Of a DNA stretch of 64,000 bases, positions 18,523 through 27,595 are shown one piece after another. The translations under genes were made by a program, and so were the position numbers. A model generated the notes under the pieces. It did no database searches and had not been told where the DNA came from. It was given only the letters and a program-made list of their open reading frames with translations. This stretch comes from an uncultured Clostridia bacterium. Lineage in GTDB: Bacteria; Bacillota; Clostridia; Christensenellales; UBA1242. Every line of letters begins with the position of its first letter. Position 1 is the stretch's first letter. Where the stretch lies: NCBI GenBank assembly GCA_934777435.1, contig CAKVNK010000001.1, positions 172,362 to 236,361 on the forward strand, given 5' to 3'.

Positions 18523-19019
18523 ATTCTCACGTCCTTAAAAGTTTGTTCATGAATCAAAAATGCGTCAAGTTCAGCATTAAAAGTTATAATATCTTCAACA
18601 AAAGGAATTTGATAACTTACTGCCCCACATTTTATTGTTAAAATTGTGCTTGCACCATAATCATCATAGTCAACAACTTCGCCCAATTTTTCACCTTTTT
18701 CAGATAAAACGGTTTTGTGCAATAAGTCGCTTAAATAAAGTTTATCTTTATATTCTGCATAATCGTTGCGGTCAATATAAACAGATTGATTCCTAAATTT
18801 TTCAGCCATATCACAATCTTTGATTATGTCGATAGTTAATGCACAGGCATCATTGTTAAGATTTGCCACAGATTTAATTTCTGCAGGTTGTAAATGTTGT
18901 CCAACATAAATTTTTGTAAAGTGTGAAAAATTTGCGTCAAGGTATTTAACAACCTTAACTGCACCTTTAACGCCATGTGGACGTACAATTTTACCAATTT
19001 CTAAAACATTTTTTTCCAT
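18519..19019 (-). CDS. rimM: 16S rRNA processing protein RimM
   Basis: 166 aa: IGKIVRPHGVKGAVKV N-terminal motif plus a PRC-barrel C-terminus. Confidence 0.9.
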   Translation of the reverse strand: MEKNVLEIGKIVRPHGVKGAVKVVKYLDANFSHFTKIYVGQHLQPAEIKSVANLNNDACALTIDIIKDCDMAEKFRNQSVYIDRNDYAEYKDKLYLSDLLHKTVLSEKGEKLGEVVDYDDYGASTILTIKCGAVSYQIPFVEDIITFNAELDAFLIHEQTFKDVRI

Positions 19020-19122
19020 AATTCACCACTTAATTTTTAATTGTTTTGATTATTATTTTCATTTATGTGTTTATCTATGTTATGAAACAAAATTAACTAT
19101 TTTTGTTGTTGGATTGCTCCGT

Positions 19123-19698
19123 TTAATTGTTATTATGTTCTTCTTTGATAGACGTCACATTTTGTTCAGTTGTATCTGCTGTTTGAGTCAACTTTTTATG
19201 TTTTAAATTGATTATTGAGCCAACAATAGCACTAACCATTAAAACAATTTCAAGTGAAGCACCAACATATGACGCCAAAATTAACATATAAATGACGTTG
19301 CAAAGGTTTCTAACACTGCAAGAAATTTTGTTAACAACCAATTTGTCAACGCAGAAGCCAACAAAATAGATTGTCATGCCAATCATAGGAAGCAAAGATA
19401 TTGCACCAGCCCAAGTGAACACACCAATTATTATTGATAGCACTGCTGATATTGAACCCGTTATAATGATTGCTTTATTATTTTTCTTTTGATTAAAAAT
19501 ATATGTTAAAATTAAAAAGGCAATATCAACCAACAATATATAACCGCCAGTAAACGCCTTTAACAAAAAATAATGTGCACCAAATAATAAGTCCGATAAA
19601 ATGAGATACAAAAGCAAATTCTTTTTGTTTTTTGCAAACATTGAAATCACATAAAATATATCGGCAATAACAACCAAAATTTGAGATGCAATGTACAA
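19123..19698 (-). CDS. polytopic membrane protein (YgjV-like)
   Basis: 191 aa with about 5 TM helices. TTG start at 19698 with AGGGGG SD 6 nt upstream. The family assignment is tentative. Confidence 0.5.
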   Translation of the reverse strand: MYIASQILVVIADIFYVISMFAKNKKNLLLYLILSDLLFGAHYFLLKAFTGGYILLVDIAFLILTYIFNQKKNNKAIIITGSISAVLSIIIGVFTWAGAISLLPMIGMTIYFVGFCVDKLVVNKISCSVRNLCNVIYMLILASYVGASLEIVLMVSAIVGSIINLKHKKLTQTADTTEQNVTSIKEEHNNN

Positions 19699-19765
19699 AA
19701 TAAGCCCCCTAAAATAAACGCTCTACTATTTAATATGATTATAACAAAATTTTGCGTTAAGACAA

Positions 19766-19795
19766 ACAAAAAATGCGAGTATAAACCCGCATTTT
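19766..19795 (-). terminator. rho-independent terminator after rpsP-khpA
   Basis: AATGCG (19772-19777) / CGCATT (19789-19794). UUUUUUG follows on the minus strand. Confidence 0.6.
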
Positions 19796-19835
19796 AACAC
19801 CTAGTGTTAAGAATTTCATTAAGAAAATCTTTTGG

Positions 19836-20072
19836 TTAAGCATTTTTTTCATCAAACTTGATAACAATGCGTGCGTGTTCGCCAGCAGTTGATTTAACAA
19901 CAGTGCGAATTGCATTTGCAATGCAACCACCGTGGCCAATAACAGAACCTAAATCTTTGCTATCAACCTTAACTTTGTAAACCTTGGTCTTGCCTTGGTT
20001 TTCTGCTGTAATTTCAACAGCATCAGGGTTAGACACAAGATTTTTAACAATGTATTCTAACATTTCTTGCAT
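19836..20072 (-). CDS. khpA: KH-domain RNA-binding protein (YlqC/KhpA)
   Basis: 78 aa: DLGSVIGHGGCIANAIRTVV (GxxG KH motif). Conserved position after rpsP. Confidence 0.88.
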   Translation of the reverse strand: MQEMLEYIVKNLVSNPDAVEITAENQGKTKVYKVKVDSKDLGSVIGHGGCIANAIRTVVKSTAGEHARIVIKFDEKNA

Positions 20073-20082
20073 AGCCTACTCC

Positions 20083-20376
20083 TTATGCTTTCTTTTTCTT
20101 GTTATTAGTTTTTGGTGTGCTGTTACCTTTAACTTCTAACAAGCCAACTCTTTGAAGTAAAGTTTTAGCAGTTTCAGTTGGTTCAGCACCATTTTTTAAC
20201 CATTTTGAAGCGAGTTCGTTATTGATTTTGATTTCTGCTGGGTTAGCAAGTGGATTGTAAGTACCGATTTGTTCGATATATTTACCATCACGAGCAACAC
20301 GTGAATCAGCAACAACAACACGATAGAAAGGTGATTTTTTGTCGCCCAAACGAGTTAATCTAATTTTAACTGACAT
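20083..20376 (-). CDS. rpsP: 30S ribosomal protein S16
   Basis: [42 protein letters not shown]. Confidence 0.97.
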   Translation of the reverse strand: MSVKIRLTRLGDKKSPFYRVVVADSRVARDGKYIEQIGTYNPLANPAEIKINNELASKWLKNGAEPTETAKTLLQRVGLLEVKGNSTPKTNNKKKKA

Positions 20377-20431
20377 TTTAGTTCTCCTTTTGTTAATTTA
20401 CTTTGTTACCTGTAAAGTAATTTCACTTTAC

Positions 20432-20460
20432 ACTTTAACATACTTTTTAATGTGTGTCAA
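20432..20460 (-). promoter_or_regulatory. sigma-A promoter of rpsP
   Basis: Minus strand TTGACA (20460..20455), 17 nt, TAAAGT (20437..20432). The leader contains a 7-bp hairpin GTAAAGT/ACTTTAC. Confidence 0.5.
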
Positions 20461-20511
20461 GCAGTTTTCTAATATTTTTTTAATTTAATTGAAAATTTGG
20501 TTTTTTACATA

Positions 20512-21864
20512 TTAGAACTGACCGTTCATTAATTTCTTCATAACAGCAAACTTTCCCCCGTTTGCCTTCGGATTTTTTAACATCTTCATCATTTCTTTAG
20601 ATTGATTAAATTGTTTGATAAGTTGGTTAACATCGCTTACTTGCACGCCTGCACCCTTTGCAATACGCTGGCGGCGGCTACCATTGATAATATCTGGGTT
20701 TTTGCGCTCTTTATCTGTCATTGATTGAATTATTGCCTTATTTTTTTCAAGTTGCTTTTCATCAATTTGGTTTTCAAGGTCACGCAATTTACCACCCATA
20801 CCAGGCATCATACCAAGCACAGATTTAAGCCCGCCCATCTTTTTAAGAGAATTAAGTTGTGCGATATAGTCGTTAAAATCAAAACTATTTTCGCGGAATT
20901 TACGTTCCATTTCTTGTGCGGTTTTTTCGTCAACAGCTTCTTGTGCTTTATCAATCAATGTAAGCACATCACCCATACCTAAAATACGGCTTGCCATACG
21001 ATCTGGGTAGAAAGGTTCAAGGTCAGTCAACTTTTCGCCCACGCCCACAAATTTAATAGGTTTGCCAATAACTTGACGTATTGAAAGAGCCGCACCGCCA
21101 CGAGTGTCACCATCGGTTTTGGTAAGCACAACGCCAGTAACATCAAGTGCATCATTAAATGCGGTTGAAACTGAAACTGCTTCTTGACCAATCATACTAT
21201 CAATTACAAGCAAAATTTCAGTTGGCTTGACGGCTTTTTTAATGTCTTTTAATTCTTCCATTAATTTTTCGTCAATTTGCAAACGACCAGCGGTATCAAC
21301 AATCACCATATCAAGTGCAAATTTTTCAGCGTAAGCAATGGCTTCTTTAACTGTTTTTGTTGGATTTTGTGTGCCACGTTCAAACACATCAATTTGAATT
21401 GATTTGCCCAAAACTTTAAGTTGGTCTATTGCTGCTGGACGGTAAATATCACACGCAACTAAAAGTGGTTTTTTACCTTCTTTTTTGAGTTTAAGTGCCA
21501 ATTTGCCACACATTGTGGTTTTACCACTACCCTGCAAACCGCACATCATAATAACTGTTGGAGGCTTTGGTGCGATATTGAGTTTTTGATTTTCACCGCC
21601 CATTAAAGTTGTTAATTCGTCCCTAACAATTTTGATAACTTGTTGTGTTGGTGTAAGGCTTTTTAAAATTTCTTCACCTTGGGCTTTTTCACTAACACGT
21701 GCACAAAAATCTTTGGCAACAGAATAGTTAACGTCTGCTTCCAAAAGTGCCACACGAATTTCACGCATTGCTTCTTTAATTTCAAGTTGTGTCAACTTGC
21801 CACGCTTTGTCATTTTGCTGAAAATGTGGTTAAGTCTATCACTTAAATTTTGAAAAAATCCCAT
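20512..21864 (-). CDS. ffh: signal recognition particle protein Ffh
   Basis: GLQGSGKTT, DTAGR, TKTDGD, and a Met-rich M domain. TAATG overlap with ylxM. Confidence 0.97.
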   Translation of the reverse strand: MGFFQNLSDRLNHIFSKMTKRGKLTQLEIKEAMREIRVALLEADVNYSVAKDFCARVSEKAQGEEILKSLTPTQQVIKIVRDELTTLMGGENQKLNIAPKPPTVIMMCGLQGSGKTTMCGKLALKLKKEGKKPLLVACDIYRPAAIDQLKVLGKSIQIDVFERGTQNPTKTVKEAIAYAEKFALDMVIVDTAGRLQIDEKLMEELKDIKKAVKPTEILLVIDSMIGQEAVSVSTAFNDALDVTGVVLTKTDGDTRGGAALSIRQVIGKPIKFVGVGEKLTDLEPFYPDRMASRILGMGDVLTLIDKAQEAVDEKTAQEMERKFRENSFDFNDYIAQLNSLKKMGGLKSVLGMMPGMGGKLRDLENQIDEKQLEKNKAIIQSMTDKERKNPDIINGSRRQRIAKGAGVQVSDVNQLIKQFNQSKEMMKMLKNPKANGGKFAVMKKLMNGQF

Positions 21865-22184
21865 TAGTTGTCCTCCAAAATTGATAATAATTCAAACCTT
21901 GTTGCCATATCTATGTTGGTTATAGGTTTGTTTTCAATTATATTCTTTAACTTGTTATCTCTTGCCACAAAGCCTAAAACTTGTTCATACTTTTCAAGTG
22001 AAGATAACGCCTTGTCCAACGCATCTTTAACTGCCTGACGTGAAACGCCAAGTTCATCACTTACTTCTGCCAGTGACAAATTGTTGTCAACGTACATTGC
22101 AATTATTGTTCTTTGTTTTTCAGTAAGCAGTTTGCCGTAATATTTAACCAAAACTGCAATTTTAACCCTTTCTTCTATATTCAT
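21864..22184 (-). CDS. ylxM: YlxM-family putative DNA-binding protein (UPF0122)
   Basis: 106 aa with a sigma-70 region-4-like HTH (LSLAEVSDELGVSRQAV). Canonical position between ftsY and ffh. Confidence 0.85.
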   Translation of the reverse strand: MNIEERVKIAVLVKYYGKLLTEKQRTIIAMYVDNNLSLAEVSDELGVSRQAVKDALDKALSSLEKYEQVLGFVARDNKLKNIIENKPITNIDMATRFELLSILEDN

Positions 22185-22197
22185 ATTTGCCCTTTAA

Positions 22198-23061
22198 TTA
22201 CATTAAAATTTTGTTAACAAAGTTTTCAGCGTCAAACACTGATAAATCGTCCACGCCTTCGCCAAAGCCAGTGAAAAGAATAGGCACTTGAAGGTCGTTT
22301 ATAATTGGATACACCACGCCACCTTTTGCTGTGCCGTCAAGTTTGGTAAGCACAATGCCATCAATATTCACACTATCTTTAAACGCTTTTACTTGTGCAA
22401 TAGAATTTTGACCGATAGACGCATCAAGCACAATCAAATTGAGTTTGTTTGCTTCTGGATATTCACGGTTGACAATGGTGTTGATTTTTTCAAGTTCCTT
22501 CATAAGGTTGGTTTTTGTGTGAAGTCTGCCAGCTGTGTCAACAATAAGCACATCAATGTTTTTTGCCTTCATACTTGCAATAGCATCAAACACAACCGAA
22601 GCACTATCTGCACCTTCGCCTTGTTTTACTATTTTGGTTTTAAGCCTTTCTGCCCACATATTAAGTTGCTCGGTTGCCGCTGCACGGAAAGTATCGCCTG
22701 CGGCAAGCAAAACAGACTTCTTTTGTGATTGAAAATACTTTGTCATTTTAGCGATTGTGGTTGTTTTTCCAACACCATTAACGCCAACAACTGTAATAAT
22801 TAAAGGATATTTGAAATCCACTTTTTCAGCATTAAGTTTTTCAATTAAAATATTTTTCAATTCCTTTTCTGCACGTTCAGTATCTTTTATCAATTTCTTT
22901 TTGCAAGTGTCACGCAATTCGTCCATAATATCCATTGCTGTTTCAACGCCCATATCACTTGACACTAAAATTGATTCTAATTCGTCATAAAAATCTTCGT
23001 CCAATTCTGTACGTTTAAAAGCATATTTAAGTTTTTCAAAAAATTTTTTAAAAATACCCAT
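22198..23061 (-). CDS. ftsY: signal recognition particle receptor FtsY
   Basis: GVNGVGKTTT, DTAGRL, TKLDGTAKGG. ATG at 23061 with AAAGGAA SD. The ORF-track extension to 23175 is unsupported. Confidence 0.95.
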   Translation of the reverse strand: MGIFKKFFEKLKYAFKRTELDEDFYDELESILVSSDMGVETAMDIMDELRDTCKKKLIKDTERAEKELKNILIEKLNAEKVDFKYPLIITVVGVNGVGKTTTIAKMTKYFQSQKKSVLLAAGDTFRAAATEQLNMWAERLKTKIVKQGEGADSASVVFDAIASMKAKNIDVLIVDTAGRLHTKTNLMKELEKINTIVNREYPEANKLNLIVLDASIGQNSIAQVKAFKDSVNIDGIVLTKLDGTAKGGVVYPIINDLQVPILFTGFGEGVDDLSVFDAENFVNKILM

Positions 23062-23194
23062 TGTTGTTCCTTTTAATTGAGCCCATGTGCTGATTTGTGT
23101 TTTTATTATTTTTGCTTTTATATAATCTTTTAACCATATTTTGTGGTTTTTAAGATTACAGCAAAAGGCATACACAGCCCTATATGCTGTGTAT

Positions 23195-26100
23195 TTAGCC
23201 TTTTATTTCATCTTTATCTTGTGCTTGGTCTGCTGTAAGCTTAACAGCATCACTAAGTTTAACTGACACTATTTTACTTACGCCTTTTTCTTCCATTGTA
23301 ACACCATACAAAGTGTCAACAACTTCCATTGTTGGCTTACGGTGAGTGATAACAATGAATTGTGTTTCATCACTGAAACGTTTTAAATATTGTGCGTAAC
23401 GTTCAATGTTTGCATCGTCCAACGCTGCTTCAATTTCGTCCAAGAAACAGAAAGGCATTGGTTTAAGTTTTAAGATTGCAAACAAGATTGCAATAGCGGT
23501 CATTGTTTTTTCACCACCACTTAACAATGTTATGTTGCTTAACATTTTGCCCGGTGGTTGAGCAATAATTTCAATACCTGCGGTGAGTGGGTCTTCGCTT
23601 GGCAAAATTTCAAGCCTTGCATTACCGCCACCAAACAATTCTTTAAACACTTTTGTAAAGTTTGCTTGAATTTGCTGGAATTCTGTGTTGAATTTATCAA
23701 GCATTTCTTTTGATAAGTCTTTAATAATGTTAACAGCATCTTCTTCTGCTTTTTTAAGGTCTTCAACTTGGGCAGACATTTCTTCATATCTTGCCCCTTC
23801 TGACTTATACTCTTCAATAGCATTGATGTTAACATAGCCCAAAGCATTGATTTGATTTTTGATTTTGTTAATTTGAATTAATGTATCTTTCAAGTCAAAA
23901 TCTTCGTCAATTTGTTTAAGTGATTGACAATCGTTATATGTAAGTTCGTATTCTTCATAAATGCGTTCTTGCATATTTTCAATATCAATATCCACCTTTT
24001 GAAGCCTTGTTTCTTCTTGATAGATTTTGTTGTTCAATTTGGCAATATCAGCGGTTAAAACTGTCTTTTTATCGTCCAAGTCTTTCAACTCACGCATTAA
24101 TGTTTGTTTAAATTCGTCAAACTGACCAATCTTTGCGTTTAAATCTTCAATCTCTTGTTTTAATGTTTCTATTTCATTATTTTCGTTCTTTGACCTATTA
24201 AGGTTGATTGCTTCATCATAAACACGCATTTGACTTAACAATTCGTTATTCAAACGCTCTATTGTTTGTTTGGTTGTAACAATATCAGTTGAATACTGTT
24301 CAATATCTTTTTCAAGTGATTTGATTTTTTCTTCAGTTGATGCAATTTTAATGCGTGAAGCGGTTAATGCTTCTTGATATTCGTCCCTACGTGATTTAAG
24401 TTCTTCATACGCATTTTTATTGTTAGCATTGAACTCACCAACTTTTGCTTGAGTTTGTGTATAATCAAGTTCAACTTGGTCAATAGAATTGATTTGTGTG
24501 TTAAGTTCATTAACAATGTTTGTTGCAACTTTAATTTGGCTTTGATATGTGAAAATATCTTCGTTAAGTTGTTCTAATTTAGCCTTGTTATTTTCAAGCC
24601 CTGCGTTTTTGCTGTAATATTCACTGTTAATTATTTGCATTTCAGCATTTTCAGTTGAAAGCAAGGTTTTAAGTTTTTCAAGTTTTTCATTAACAGATAA
24701 ATATTCCTTTTCAAGCCCACGGAGTTCAGCAGTTTTGTTTGCAATGTTTTGTTCCAAGGCTTTGATTTCACTTTCTTTGCTTAAAAGTGAACTATCGTTG
24801 CTCTTTTTGCTACCGCCCGACATACTACCTTGTGGAGATAATAAATCGCCTTCAAGGGTTACAATACGGAAAGCATAGCCAGAACGTTTTGCAAGGAATA
24901 CTGCATTATCCAAATTATCGCACACAACAGTTGAGCCAAGCAAACTATCAATAACACTACGGTAAACCGGTTCGCATTTAACAATTTCACTTGCAACGCC
25001 AAGGCAACCAGTGGTGTTAAGATATTGCCTATCTTGCCCAGACAGTGAACGTGGCTTAACTGCACTTATTGGCAAGAAAGTTGCACGGCCAAGATGTGCT
25101 TGTTTTAAATATGCAATAAGGGTTTTTGCATCGTTTTCGTCTTTTGTAACAATGTTTTGTATGCTACCGCCCAAAGCAATTTCAATGGCAGTTGAAAATT
25201 TTGGTTCAACTGAAATAATGTTGCCAACAACACCTTTGATTGCTGAATTTAAGGCTGAATTTGTTTTGCTATCTTGCATCAAACGTTTAACTGCAAATTG
25301 GTAGCCTTCAAAATCGGCTTGCAAATTTGCAAGAATATTTTTGCGGTTGGTATCGTTAGAAATGCCAGTTTTGATTGCGTATATTGACTCTGACAAACTT
25401 TCCATTTGTTCAGATAAACTATCAATTTGTTTGCTGATTTGTGCGTTTGAAGCATCTTTGCTTTGCTTGGTTTTGTTAAGACGTTCAACTTCAGCTGACA
25501 AAAGTTTAACTTGTTCTACCAAATTTGCTTGTTCTGTTTGAAGTGAAGTTAATTTTTCAGTGTCAGTTTTAACATTTTCAAGCATAGTGTCACGTTTGGC
25601 AATGTATGCTGAAAGGTTTGCCTTAATATCAGTGAGTTTTGCAAGGTTATCAATCAAACTGCGTTGGTTTTCTTCCTTCTCTGTTTCGTTTTTAGTAAGG
25701 TCGTCAATCAAGGTTAAGTGCTTTTGGCTTAAATCCTGTGCTTCGTGGTGCAATTTGTTAAGGTTTTGCTTTTCTTCATTACAAAGTGCAGTTGCATTGT
25801 TAACAAATGCTGATTTTTGGTTGATGTCCATATTTAATGCGTCAATTTGGCTGGTTAAACGGTCAATTTGTTCTTTTAAATAACGTGTTTGTTCGTTAAG
25901 TAAACGAGTGTCACCTTGCTTTTTTTCCAAACTGATGTTTGCAGAAAGCAACTTGTCATGAATTTCAGCAGAACGTTTATCTAATTGGTCAATTTCGTTC
26001 AATGATTTATCATATTTTGCTTGTTCAGTTTCCAAACTGTTGGTCAAAATATTCAAATTATCATTATACCCTTGCAATTTAACGCTGATTTCATTTTTTG

Positions 26101-26821
26101 TTTGGGCTGCATGGTCAAATTGATAAACATATGCGTTGATTTCTTTTTGTTTAAGTTGATCACGATACTCCAAATATTTTTTAGCATCTTCACTTTGGCG
26201 TTTAAGTGGCCCAAGCCTACGCTCAACTTCTGTGATAATATCCCCTGCACGGCTTAAATTATCACGCACACGCACAAGGCGGTTTTCAGTTTCTGTTTTT
26301 CTGGCTTTGTATTTTGCAATACCTGCGGCCTCTTCAAAAATGGCACGTCTATCTTCTGGTTTTGATTGGATAATTTCGTCCACTCTACCTTGACCGATAA
26401 TTGAATAGCCATCTTTACCAATACCGCTATCGTAAAGCAAGTCACGAATATCTTTAAGCCTACATGGCTTTTTGTTAATCATATAATCACTTTCGCCACT
26501 GCGATATAATTTACGTGTTAAAGTAACTTCATCTAAATCAATATTAAACCATTTTTGTGTGTTATCAAAAACAAGTGAAACTTCACAATAACTGAGTTTT
26601 TTTCTCTTTTCAGTGCCGGCAAAAATAACGTCTTGCATGCTTTTACCACGCAAGGCCTTGCTAGATTGTTCACCAAGCACCCAACGGATTGCATCGCTGA
26701 CATTTGATTTACCACAGCCATTTGGACCAACAATAGCAGTTATGCCACCGTCAAAACTGATTTTAGTTGCATCGGCAAATGATTTAAAGCCAGCAATTTC
26801 TATTTCTTTAAAATTTATCAT
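23195..26821 (-). CDS. smc: chromosome partition protein Smc
   Basis: About 1208 aa. Walker A GPNGCGKSN, long coiled coils, a hinge, LSGGEK signature and FCFLDEIEAALD. ATG at 26821 with GGGGAA SD. Confidence 0.97.
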   Translation of the reverse strand: MINFKEIEIAGFKSFADATKISFDGGITAIVGPNGCGKSNVSDAIRWVLGEQSSKALRGKSMQDVIFAGTEKRKKLSYCEVSLVFDNTQKWFNIDLDEVTLTRKLYRSGESDYMINKKPCRLKDIRDLLYDSGIGKDGYSIIGQGRVDEIIQSKPEDRRAIFEEAAGIAKYKARKTETENRLVRVRDNLSRAGDIITEVERRLGPLKRQSEDAKKYLEYRDQLKQKEINAYVYQFDHAAQTKNEISVKLQGYNDNLNILTNSLETEQAKYDKSLNEIDQLDKRSAEIHDKLLSANISLEKKQGDTRLLNEQTRYLKEQIDRLTSQIDALNMDINQKSAFVNNATALCNEEKQNLNKLHHEAQDLSQKHLTLIDDLTKNETEKEENQRSLIDNLAKLTDIKANLSAYIAKRDTMLENVKTDTEKLTSLQTEQANLVEQVKLLSAEVERLNKTKQSKDASNAQISKQIDSLSEQMESLSESIYAIKTGISNDTNRKNILANLQADFEGYQFAVKRLMQDSKTNSALNSAIKGVVGNIISVEPKFSTAIEIALGGSIQNIVTKDENDAKTLIAYLKQAHLGRATFLPISAVKPRSLSGQDRQYLNTTGCLGVASEIVKCEPVYRSVIDSLLGSTVVCDNLDNAVFLAKRSGYAFRIVTLEGDLLSPQGSMSGGSKKSNDSSLLSKESEIKALEQNIANKTAELRGLEKEYLSVNEKLEKLKTLLSTENAEMQIINSEYYSKNAGLENNKAKLEQLNEDIFTYQSQIKVATNIVNELNTQINSIDQVELDYTQTQAKVGEFNANNKNAYEELKSRRDEYQEALTASRIKIASTEEKIKSLEKDIEQYSTDIVTTKQTIERLNNELLSQMRVYDEAINLNRSKNENNEIETLKQEIEDLNAKIGQFDEFKQTLMRELKDLDDKKTVLTADIAKLNNKIYQEETRLQKVDIDIENMQERIYEEYELTYNDCQSLKQIDEDFDLKDTLIQINKIKNQINALGYVNINAIEEYKSEGARYEEMSAQVEDLKKAEEDAVNIIKDLSKEMLDKFNTEFQQIQANFTKVFKELFGGGNARLEILPSEDPLTAGIEIIAQPPGKMLSNITLLSGGEKTMTAIAILFAILKLKPMPFCFLDEIEAALDDANIERYAQYLKRFSDETQFIVITHRKPTMEVVDTLYGVTMEEKGVSKIVSVKLSDAVKLTADQAQDKDEIKG

Positions 26822-26891
26822 ATTTCCCCATTTGTAAGTTAAAACCAATCAAAATTTGATTTTTGGTTTTTTTCAATTTCAAAGTGTAAAC

Positions 26892-26900
26892 ATTATAACA
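26892..26900 (-). promoter_or_regulatory. extended -10 element upstream of smc
   Basis: Minus strand TGTTATAAT (26900..26892). No good -35. Confidence 0.35.
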
Positions 26901-26940
26901 AAAAAACACACCAAATTCAAAACAAAATAGGTGTGTTTTT
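26899..26940 (-). terminator. rho-independent terminator after the 113-aa orphan gene
   Basis: ACACACC (26906-26912) / GGTGTGT (26930-26936) with a 17-nt loop. A U-run follows on the minus strand. Confidence 0.6.
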
Positions 26941-27053
26941 AAATATTTAAAACTTATAAAATGCTTTATTATGCTTACAAACAAGCAATATTAAGCAAGA
27001 TTTAAACTATTTTAGGGTCAAATTTAAACCAATTAAACCAAACAAAAGCAAAA

Positions 27054-27395
27054 CTAAATTGTATAGTCTGTTCTATGTCTGCCTTTGTTTAAATAATCTA
27101 AATATTCTGCCCCAAAGTTTTCGCTTAATTCATCTCTCCAAAGATCAGTTAAACCTTTAACGTCAATTTTAACCTTTTTTGAAACTCTATCAGTCACTTT
27201 TGCACCTTTATCACTGAATTCAATTTCAGCCAAGTACAAACCGTCAACACTTAAAATGTCAACTATAAATGTGTCTGAACGTTGCAAATGGTAATATTCA
27301 GTGCTACATCTAGGATTAATGTAAAGTGGAATTTTTCTGATAATTGCCAACTTTGTTTCTGGCGGAACAATAGAAGTAAAACTTGTGCGATTCAT
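27054..27395 (-). CDS. hypothetical protein (113 aa)
   Basis: ATG at 27395 preceded by GAGGTG. The ORF-track GTG at 27404 is part of that SD. Has its own promoter and terminator. Only a weak YLAEIEF resemblance to CYTH-type folds. Confidence 0.55.
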   Translation of the reverse strand: MNRTSFTSIVPPETKLAIIRKIPLYINPRCSTEYYHLQRSDTFIVDILSVDGLYLAEIEFSDKGAKVTDRVSKKVKIDVKGLTDLWRDELSENFGAEYLDYLNKGRHRTDYTI

Positions 27396-27418
27396 ATAAT
27401 ACACCTCTCAATACGGTT

Positions 27419-27447
27419 ATTATCACACAAAACCGGTTACTTGTCAA
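27419..27447 (-). promoter_or_regulatory. sigma-A promoter of the orphan gene
   Basis: Minus strand TTGACA (27447..27442), 17 nt, GATAAT (27424..27419) with TG at the extended -10 position. Confidence 0.6.
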
Positions 27448-27595
27448 TAGGCAAAACAAAATCTTACAGCCAATTTTGCAATATTTTTTTGCTTAAATCG
27501 GTGAATATATAATCGTCAACGCACAAGCCAATAGCAATGCAGTTTTTTAACATTTTGGGCTGTGTTATATTCAACAATCAAACCAAAATATGGTG

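Noticed and set aside
27054-27395. Assignment of the 113-aa orphan to the CYTH/triphosphate tunnel family.
   Set aside because: Only the YLAEIEF stretch resembles the family. The N-terminal ExExK signature is absent and the protein is too short, so it is left as hypothetical.
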